Below are positions 1 to 9,600 of a DNA stretch of 64,000 bases, piece after piece. Each line of letters begins with the position of its first letter. Position 1 is the stretch's first letter. Under the pieces are notes generated by a model. That model had not been told where the DNA came from, ran no database searches, and was given only the letters and a program-made list of their open reading frames with translations. The stretch comes from Eledone cirrhosa. Taxonomy: Eukaryota. Both the position numbers and the translations under genes were made by a program. The DNA is taken from contig OZ024741.1 in the NCBI GenBank assembly GCA_964016885.1, forward strand, positions 209,684,001 to 209,748,000, read 5' to 3'.

Positions 1-222
1 CGCAACTTAACTTAACCGCAACCTAACTTAACCCCAACTTAACTTAACCGCAACCTAACTTAACCCCAACTTAACTTAACCGCAACTTAACTTAACCCCA
101 ACCTAACTTAACCCCAACTTAACTTAACCGCAACTTAACTTAACCGCAACCTAACTTAACCCCAACTTAACTTAACCGCAACTTAACTTAACCGCAAATT
201 AGCTTAACCCCAATCCTCGGTG

Positions 223-485
223 GGATCGATCTGTAATTACTGGTACATGTGCAGACACTCATTGGCTGTGTGTGGCCTGATTTTCAGAAAGATATCTCCG
301 TAAAATAACGAGTGGTGGCTGCGTAAAATAATGAATTACGCACGAAAATGAGAAAATTTCGATTCTCGATCGTGGGCCGGCCGGATGTCGGATCGATTCG
401 TAAATACAAGGATAATGTGCGGACACTCCTTGGCTGTGTGCGGCATGATTTTCAGGACGATATCTCCGTAAAATCAAGAGTTGAT
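223..485 (+). repeat. Internal diverged direct repeat within the core (sub-repeat A ~223-316, sub-repeat B ~390-485; offset 167-168 bp)
   Basis: A: GGATCGATCTGTAATTAC-TGGTACATGTGCAGACACTCATTGGCTGTGTGTGGCCTGATTTTCAGAAAGATATCTCCGTAAAATAACGAGT. B: GGATCGATTCGTAAATACAAGGATAATGTGCGGACACTCCTTGGCTGTGTGCGGCATGATTTTCAGGACGATATCTCCGTAAAATCAAGAGT. GATATCTCCGTAAAAT is identical at 291 and 459. Confidence 0.95.
320..342. other. Inverted repeat TGCGTAA-N9-TTACGCA present in nearly every core
   Basis: Perfect 7-bp arms at 320-326 and 336-342 around the loop AATAATGAA. Confidence 0.8.
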
Positions 486-731
486 AACCCCAACTTAACT
501 TAACCCCAACTTAACTTAACCGCAACTTAACTTAACCGCAACCTAACTTAACCCCAACTTAACTTAACCGCAACCTAACTTAACCCCAACTTAACTTAAC
601 CGCAACTTAACTTAACCCCAACCTAACTTAACTCCAACTTAACTTAACCGCAACTTAACTTAACCGCAACCTAACTTAACCCCAACTTAATTTAACCGCA
701 ACTTAACTTAACCGCAACTTAGCTTAACCCC
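486..731 (+). repeat. Representative 16-bp minisatellite block (AACCCC + 15 units), telomere-like C/A-rich strand
   Basis: Units start at 492, 508, 524 ... 716. With P=AACTTAACTTAACCCC, G=AACTTAACTTAACCGC, C=AACCTAACTTAACCCC and E=AACTTAGCTTAACCCC, the order is P G G C G C G P C G G C G G E (this copy has two point variants). A block of this type is present in every monomer. Confidence 0.97.
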
Positions 732-1005
732 AACCCTTGGTGGGATCGATCTGTAATTACTGGTACATGTGCAGACACTCATTGGCTGTGTGTGGCCTGA
801 TTTTCAGAAAGATATCTCCGTAAAATAACGAGTGGTGGCTGCGTAAAATAATGAATTACGCACGAAAATGAGAAAATTTCGATTCTCGATCGTGGGCCGG
901 CCGGATGTCTGATCGATTCGTAAATACAAGGATAATGTGCGGACACTCCTTGGCTGTGTGCGGCATGATTTTCAGGACGATATCTCCGTAAAATCAAGAG
1001 TTGAT
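732..1005. repeat. Representative ~274-bp complex core of the satellite monomer
   Basis: Runs from AACCCTTGGTGGGATCGATC to AAATCAAGAGTTGAT. Length is invariant in all copies except one with a 1-bp deletion near 35720; otherwise only scattered substitutions. Confidence 0.97.
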
Positions 1006-3637
1006 AACCCCAACTTAACTTAACCCCAACTTAACTTAACCGCAACTTAACTTAACCGCAACCTAACTTAACCCCAACTTAACTTAACCGCAACCTAACT
1101 TAACCCCAACTTAACTTAACCGCAACTTAACTTAACCCCAACCTAACTTAACCCCAACTTAACTTAACCGCAACTTAACTTAACCGCAACCTAACTTAAC
1201 CCCAACTTAACTTAACCGCAACTTAACTTAACCGCAACTTAGCTTAACCCCAACCCTTGGTGGGATCGATCTGTAATTACTGGTACATGTGCAGACACTC
1301 ATTGGCTGTGTGTGGCCTGATTTTCAGAAAGATATCTCCGTAAAATAACGAGTGGTGGCTGCGTAAAATAATGAATTACGCACGAAAATGAGAAAATTTC
1401 GATTCTCGATCGTGGGCCGGCCGGATGTCGGATCGATTCGTAAATACAAGGATAATGTGCGGACACTCCTTGGCTGTGTGCGGCATGATTTTCAGGACGA
1501 TATCTCCGTAAAATCAAGAGTTGATAACCCCAACTTAACTTAACCCCAACTTAACTTAACCGCAACTTAACTTAACCGCAACCTAACTTAACCCCAACTT
1601 AACTTAACCGCAACCTAACTTAACCCCAACTTAACTTAACCGCAACTTAACTTAACCCCAACCTAACTTAACTCCAACTTAACTTAACCGCAACTTAACT
1701 TAACCGCAACCTAACTTAACCCCAACTTAATTTAACCGCAACTTAACTTAACCGCAACTTAGCTTAACCCCAACCCTTGGTGGGATCGATCTGTAATTAC
1801 TGGTACATGTGCAGACACTCATTGGCTGTGTGTGGCCTGATTTTCAGAAAGATATCTCCGTAAAATAACGAGTGGTGGCTGCGTAAAATAATGAATTACG
1901 CACGAAAATGAGAAAATTTCGATTCTCGATCGTGGGCCGGCCGGATGTCTGATCGATTCGTAAATACAAGGATAATGTGCGGACACTCCTTGGCTGTGTG
2001 CGGCATGATTTTCAGGACGATATCTCCGTAAAATCAAGAGTTGATAACCCCAACTTAACTTAACCCCAACTTAACTTAACCGCAACTTAACTTAACCGCA
2101 ACCTAACTTAACCCCAACTTAACTTAACCGCAACCTAACTTAACCCCAACTTAACTTAACCGCAACTTAACTTAACCCCAACCTAACTTAACCCCAACTT
2201 AACTTAACCGCAACTTAACTTAACCGCAACCTAACTTAACCCCAACTTAACTTAACCGCAACTTAACTTAACCGCAACTTAGCTTAACCCCAACCCTTGG
2301 TGGGATCGATCTGTAATTACTGGTACATGTGCAGACACTCATTGGCTGTGTGTGGCCTGATTTTCAGAAAGATATCTCCGTAAAATAACGAGTGGTGGCT
2401 GCGTAAAATAATGAATTACGCACGAAAATGAGAAAATTTCGATTCTCGATCGTGGGCCGGCCGGATGTCGGATCGATTCGTAAATACAAGGATAATGTGC
2501 GGACACTCCTTGGCTGTGTGCGGCATGATTTTCAGGACGATATCTCCGTAAAATCAAGAGTTGATATCCCCAACTTAACTTAACCCCAACTTAACTTAAC
2601 CGCAACTTAACTTAACCGCAACCTAACTTAACCCCAACTTAACTTAACCGCAACCTAACTTAACCCCAACTTAACTTAACCGCAACTTAACTTAACCGCA
2701 ACTTAGCTTAACCCCAACCCTTGGTGGGATCGATCTGTAATTACTGGTACATGTGCAGACACTCATTGGCCGTGTGTGGCCTGATTTTCAGAAAGATATC
2801 TCCGTAAAATAACGAGTGGTGGCTGCGTAAAATAATGAATTACGCACGAAAATGAGAAAATTTCGATTCTCGATCGTGGGCCGGCCGGATGTCTGATCGA
2901 TTCGTAAATACAAGGATAATGTGCGGACACTCCTTGGCTGTGTGCGGCATGATTTTCAGGACGATATCTCCGTAAAATCAAGAGTTGATAACCCCAACTT
3001 AACTTAACCCCAACTTAACTTAACCGCAACTTAACTTAACCGCAACCTAACTTAACCCCAACTTAACTTAACCGCAACCTAACTTAACCCCAACTTAACT
3101 TAACCGCAACTTAACTTAACCCCAACCTAACTTAACCCCAACTTAACTTAACCGCAACTTAACTTAACCGCAACCTAACTTAACCCCAACTTAACTTAAC
3201 CGCAACCTAACTTAACCCCAACTTAACTTAACCGCAACTTAACTTAACCCCAACCTAACTTAACTCCAACTTAACTTAACCGCAACTTAACTTAACCGCA
3301 ACCTAACTTAACCCCAACTTAATTTAACCGCAACTTAACTTAACCGCAACTTAGCTTAACCCCAACCCTTGGTGGGATCGATCTGTAATTACTGGTACAT
3401 GTGCAGACACTCATTGGCTGTGTGTGGCCTGATTTTCAGAAAGATATCTCCGTAAAATAACGAGTGGTGGCTGCGTAAAATAATGAATTACGCACGAAAA
3501 TGAGAAAATTTCGATTCTCGATCGTGGGCCGGCCGGATGTCTGATCGATTCGTAAATACAAGGATAATGTGCGGACACTCCTTGGCTGTGTGCGGCATGA
3601 TTTTCAGGACGATATCTCCGTAAAATCAAGAGTTGAT

Positions 3638-6600
3638 AACCCCAACTTAACTTAACCCCAACTTAACTTAACCGCAACTTAACTTAACCGCAACCTAACT
3701 TAACCCCAACTTAACTTAACCGCAACCTAACTTAACCCCAACTTAACTTAACCGCAACTTAACTTAACCCCAACCTAACTTAACCCCAACTTAACTTAAC
3801 CGCAACTTAACTTAACCGCAACCTAACTTAACCCCAACTTAACTTAACCGCAACTTAACTTAACCGCAACTTAGCTTAACCCCAACCCTTGGTGGGATCG
3901 ATCTGTAATTACTGGTACATGTGCAGACACTCATTGGCTGTGTGTGGCCTGATTTTCAGAAAGATATCTCCGTAAAATAACGAGTGGTGGCTGCGTAAAA
4001 TAATGAATTACGCACGAAAATGAGAAAATTTCGATTCTCGATCGTGGGCCGGCCGGATGTCGGATCGATTCGTAAATACAAGGATAATGTGCGGACACTC
4101 CTTGGCTGTGTGCGGCATGATTTTCAGGACGATATCTCCGTAAAATCAAGAGTTGATATCCCCAACTTAACTTAACCCCAACTTAACTTAACCGCAACTT
4201 AACTTAACCGCAACCTAACTTAACCCCAACTTAACTTAACCGCAACCTAACTTAACCCCAACTTAACTTAACCGCAACTTAACTTAACCGCAACTTAGCT
4301 TAACCCCAACCCTTGGTGGGATCGATCTGTAATTACTGGTACATGTGCAGACACTCATTGGCCGTGTGTGGCCTGATTTTCAGAAAGATATCTCCGTAAA
4401 ATAACGAGTGGTGGCTGCGTAAAATAATGAATTACGCACGAAAATGAGAAAATTTCGATTCTCGATCGTGGGCCGGCCGGATGTCTGATCGATTCGTAAA
4501 TACAAGGATAATGTGCGGACACTCCTTGGCTATGTGCGGCATGATTTTCAGGACGATATCTCCGTAAAATCAAGAGTTGATAACCCCAACTTAACTTAAC
4601 CCCAACTTAACTTAACCGCAACTTAACTTAACCGCAACCTAACTTAACCCCAACTTAACTTAACCGCAACCTAACTTAACCCCAACTTAACTTAACCGCA
4701 ACTTAACTTAACCCCAACCTAACTTAACCCCAACTTAACTTAACCGCAACTTAACTTAACCGCAACCTAACTTAACCCCAACTTAACTTAACCGCAACTT
4801 AACTTAACCGCAAATTAGCTTAACCCCAATCCTCGGTGGGATCGATCTGTAATTACTGGTACATGTGCAGACACTCATTGGCTGTGTGTGGCCTGATTTT
4901 CAGAAAGATATCTCCGTAAAATAACGAGTGGTGGCTGCGTAAAATAATGAATTACGCACGAAAATGAGAAAATTTCGATTCTCGATCGTGGGCCGGCCGG
5001 ATGTCGGATCGATTCGTAAATACAAGGATAATGTGCGGACACTCCTTGGCTGTGTGCGGCATGATTTTCAGGACGATATCTCCGTAAAATCAAGAGTTGA
5101 TAACCCCAACTTAACTTAACCCCAACTTAACTTAACCGCAACTTAACTTAACCGCAACCTAACTTAACCCCAACTTAACTTAACCGCAACCTAACTTAAC
5201 CCCAACTTAACTTAACCGCAACTTAACTTAACCCCAACCTAACTTAACTCCAACTTAACTTAACCGCAACTTAACTTAACCGCAACCTAACTTAACCCCA
5301 ACTTAATTTAACCGCAACTTAACTTAACCGCAACTTAGCTTAACCCCAACCCTTGGTGGGATCGATCTGTAATTACTGGTACATGTGAAGACACTCATTG
5401 GCTGTGTGTGGCCTGATTTTCAGAAAGATATCTCCGTAAAATAACGAGTGGTGGCTGCGTAAAATAATGAATTACGCACGAAAATGAGAAAATTTCGATT
5501 CTCGATCGTGGGCCGGCCGGATGTCTGATCGATTCGTAAATACAAGGATAATGTGCGGACACTCCTTGGCTGTGTGCGGCATGATTTTCAGGACGATATC
5601 TCCGTAAAATCAAGAGTTGATAACCCCAACTTAACTTAACCCCAACTTAACTTAACCGCAACTTAACTTAACCGCAACCTAACTTAACCCCAACTTAACT
5701 TAACCGCAACCTAACTTAACCCCAACTTAACTTAACCGCAACTTAACTTAACCCCAACCTAACTTAACCCCAACTTAACTTAACCGCAACTTAACTTAAC
5801 CGCAACCTAACTTAACCCCAACTTAACTTAACCGCAACTTAACTTAACCGCAACTTAGCTTAACCCCAACCCTTGGTGGGATCGATCTGTAATTACTGGT
5901 ACATGTGCAGACACTCATTGGCTGTGTGTGGCCTGATTTTCAGAAAGATATCTCCGTAAAATAACGAGTGGTGGCTGCGTAAAATAATGAATTACGCACG
6001 AAAATGAGAAAATTTCGATTCTCGATCGTGGGCCGGCCGGATGTCGGATCGATTCCTAAATAGAAGGATAATGTGCGGACACTCCTTGGCTGTGTGCGGC
6101 ATGATTTTCAGGACGATATCTCCGTAAAATCAAGAGTTGATAACCCCAACTTAACTTAACCCCAACTTAACTTAACCGCAACTTAACTTAACCGCAACCT
6201 AACTTAACCCCAACTTAACTTAACCGCAACCTAACTTAACCCCAACTTAACTTAACCGCAACTTAACTTAACCCCAACCTAACTTAACTCCAACTTAACT
6301 TAACCGCAACTTAACTTAACCGCAACCTAACTTAACCCCAACTTAATTTAACCGCAACTTAACTTAACCGCAACTTAGCTTAACCCCAACCCTTGGTGGG
6401 ATCGATCTGTAATTACTGGTACATGTGCAGACACTCATTGGCTGTGTGTGGCCTGATTTTCAGAAAGATATCTCCGTAAAATAACGAGTGGTGGCTGCGT
6501 AAAATAATGAATTACGCACGAAAATGAGAAAATTTCGATTCTCGATCGTGGGCCGGCCGGATGTCGGATCGATTCGTAAATACAAGGATAATGTGCGGAC

Positions 6601-9600
6601 ACTCCTTGGCTGTGTGCGGCATGATTTACAGGACGATATCTCCGTAAAATCAAGAGTTGATAACCCCAACTTAACTTAACCCCAACTTAACTTAACCGCA
6701 ACTTAACTTAACCGCAACCTAACTTAACCCCAACTTAACTTAACCGCAACCTAACTTAACCCCAACTTAACTTAACCGCAACTTAACTTAACCCCAACCT
6801 AACTTAACCCCAACTTAACTTAACCGCAACTTAACTTAACCGCAACCTAACTTAACCCCAACTTAACTTAACCGCAACTTAACTTAACCGCAACTTAGCT
6901 TAACCCCAACGCTTGGTGGGATCGATCTGTAATTACTGGTACATGTGCAGACACTCATTGGCTGTGTGTGGCCTGATTTTCAGAAAGATATCTCCGTAAA
7001 ATAACGAGTGGTGGCTGCGTAAAATAATGAATTATGCACGAAAATGAGAAAATTTCGATTCTCGATCGTGGGCCGGCCGGATGTCGCATCGATTCGTAAA
7101 TAGAAGGATAATGTGCGGACACTCCTTGGCTGTGTGCGGCATGATTTTCAGGACGATATCTCCGTAAAATCAAGAGTTGATAACCCCAACTTAACTTAAC
7201 CCCAACTTAACTTAACCGCAACTTAACTTAACCGCAACTTAACTTAACCGCAAACTAACTTAACCCCAACTTAACTTAACCGCAACCTAACTTAACCCCA
7301 ACTTAACTTAACCGCAACTTAACTTAACCCCAACCTAACTTAACCCCAACTTAACTTAACCGCAACTTAACTTAACCGCAACCTAACTTAACCCTAACTT
7401 AACTTAACCGCAACTTAACTTAACCGCAACTTAGCTTAACCCCAACCCTTGGTGGGATCGATCTGTAATTACTGGTACATGTGCAGACACTCATTGGCTG
7501 TCTGTGGCCTGATTTTCAGAAAGATATCTCCGTAAAATAACGAGTGGTGGCTGCGTAAAATAATGAATTACGCACGAAAATGAGAAAATTTCGATTCTCG
7601 ATCGTGGGCCGGCCGGATGTCGGATCGATTCGTAAATACAAGGATAATGTGCGGAAACTCCTTGCCTGTGTGCCGCATGATTTTCAGGACGATATCTCCG
7701 TAAAATCAAGAGTTGATAACCCCAACTTAACTTAACCCCAACTTAACTTAACCGCAACTTAACTTAACCGCAACCTAACTTAACCCCAACTTAACTTAAC
7801 CGCAACCTAACTTAACCCCAACTTAACTTAACCGCAACTTAACTTAACCCCAACCTAACTTAACCCCAACTTAACTTAACCGCAACTTAACTTAACCGCA
7901 ACCTAACTTAACCCCAACTTAACTTAACCGCAACTTAACTTAACCGCAACTTAGCTTAACCCCAACCCTTGGTGGGATTGATCTGTAATTACTGGTACAT
8001 GTGCAGACACTCATTGGCTGTGTGTGGCCTGATTTTCAGAAAGATATCTCCGTAAAATAACGAGTGGTGGCTGCGTAAAATAATGAATTACGCACGAAAA
8101 TGAGAAAATTTCGATTCTCGATCGTGGGCCGGCCGGATGTCGGATCGATTCGTAAATACAAGGATAATGTGCGGACACTCCTTGCCTGTTCGCCGCATGA
8201 TTTTCAGGACGATATCTCCGTAAAATCAAGAGTTGATAACCCCAACTTAACTTAACCCCAACTTAACTTAACCGCAACTTAACTTAACCGCAACCTAACT
8301 TAACCCCAACTTAACTTAACCGCAACCTAACTTAACCCCAACTTAACTTAACCGCAACTTAACTTAACCCCAACCTAACTTAACCCCAACTTAACTTAAC
8401 CGCAACTTAACTTAACCGCAACCTAACTTAACCCCAACTTAACTTAACCGCAACTTAACTTAACCGCAACTTAGCTTAACCCCAACCCTTGGTGGGATCG
8501 ATCTGTAATTACTGGTACATGTGCAGACACTCATTGGCTGTGTGTGGCCTGATTTTCAGAAAGATATCTCCGTAAAATAACGAGTGGTGGCTGCGTAAAA
8601 TAATGAATTACGCACGAAAATGAGAAAATTTCGATTCTCGATCGTGGGCCGGCCGGATGTCGGATCGATTCGTAAATACAAGGATAATGTGCGGACACTC
8701 CTTGGCTGTGTGCGGCATGATTTTCAGGACGATATCTCCGTAAAATCAAGAGTTGATATCCCCAACTTAACTTAACCCCAACTTAACTTAACCGCAACTT
8801 AACTTAACCGCAACCTAACTTAACCCCAACTTAACTTAACCGCAACCTAACTTAACCCCAACTTAACTTAACCGCAACTTAACTTAACCGCAACTTAGCT
8901 TAACCCCAACCCTTGGTGGGATCGATCTGTAATTACTGGTACATGTGCAGACACTCATTGGCCGTGTGTGGCCTGATTTTCAGAAAGATATCTCCGTAAA
9001 ATAACGAGTGGTGGCTGCGTAAAATAATGAATTACGCACGAAAATGAGAAAATTTCGATTCTCGATCGTGGGCCGGCCGGATGTCTGATCGATTCGTAAA
9101 TACAAGGATAATGTGCGGACACTCCTTGGCTGTGTGCGGCATGATTTTCAGGACGATATCTCCGTAAAATCAAGAGTTGATAACCCCAACTTAACTTAAC
9201 CCCAACTTAACTTAACCGCAACTTAACTTAACCGCAACCTAACTTAACCCCAACTTAACTTAACCGCAACCTAACTTAACCCCAACTTAACTTAACCGCA
9301 ACTTAACTTAACCCCAACCTAACTTAACCCCAACTTAACTTAACCGCAACTTAACTTAACCGCAACCTAACTTAACCCCAACTTAACTTAACCGCAACTT
9401 AACTTAACCGCAAATTAGCTTAACCCCAATCCTCGGTGGGATCGATCTGTAATTACTGGTACATGTGCAGACACTCATTGGCTGTGTGTGGCCTGATTTT
9501 CAGAAAGATATCTCCGTAAAATAACGAGTGGTGGCTGCGTAAAATAATGAATTACGCACGAAAATGAGAAAATTTCGATTCTCGATCGTGGGCCGGCCGG

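Larger units (their letters stand above)
486..2565. repeat. Dimeric HOR, period 1040 bp, 2 copies
   Basis: The variants AACTCC, AATTTAAC and GTCTGA co-occur in monomers 486-1005 and 1526-2045 and are absent from the alternating monomers. Confidence 0.8.

Noticed and set aside
1-211. True telomere at the start of the window
   Set aside because: The tract is just the tail of an ordinary minisatellite block with the same variant order as the internal ones.
259-477. 72-aa minus-strand ORF (MILRRYRPENH...) repeated ~120 times, plus occasional 69/73/79-aa overlapping ORFs
   Set aside because: It starts at TTG rather than ATG and has no recognisable domain. Its internal 'ILRRY..EN.A.HSQ' repeat simply mirrors the A/B DNA sub-repeat. 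Many variants are non-synonymous, three copies have stops (~5915, ~10515, ~36172) and one is frameshifted (35631), so there is no sign of coding constraint.
732-1005. Tandem RNA-gene cluster (5S rRNA, tRNA, snRNA or spliced-leader RNA) with a repetitive spacer
   Set aside because: I recognise no 5S, tRNA cloverleaf, A/B-box, Sm-site or SL motifs on either strand. An Rfam/Infernal search would be needed to exclude this formally.
486-1005. Tandemised non-autonomous Helitron/Helentron or MITE (hairpin plus internal minisatellite)
   Set aside because: No terminal inverted repeats, target-site duplications, or hairpin-plus-CTRR 3' end could be identified. It remains possible only if dispersed copies exist elsewhere in the genome.
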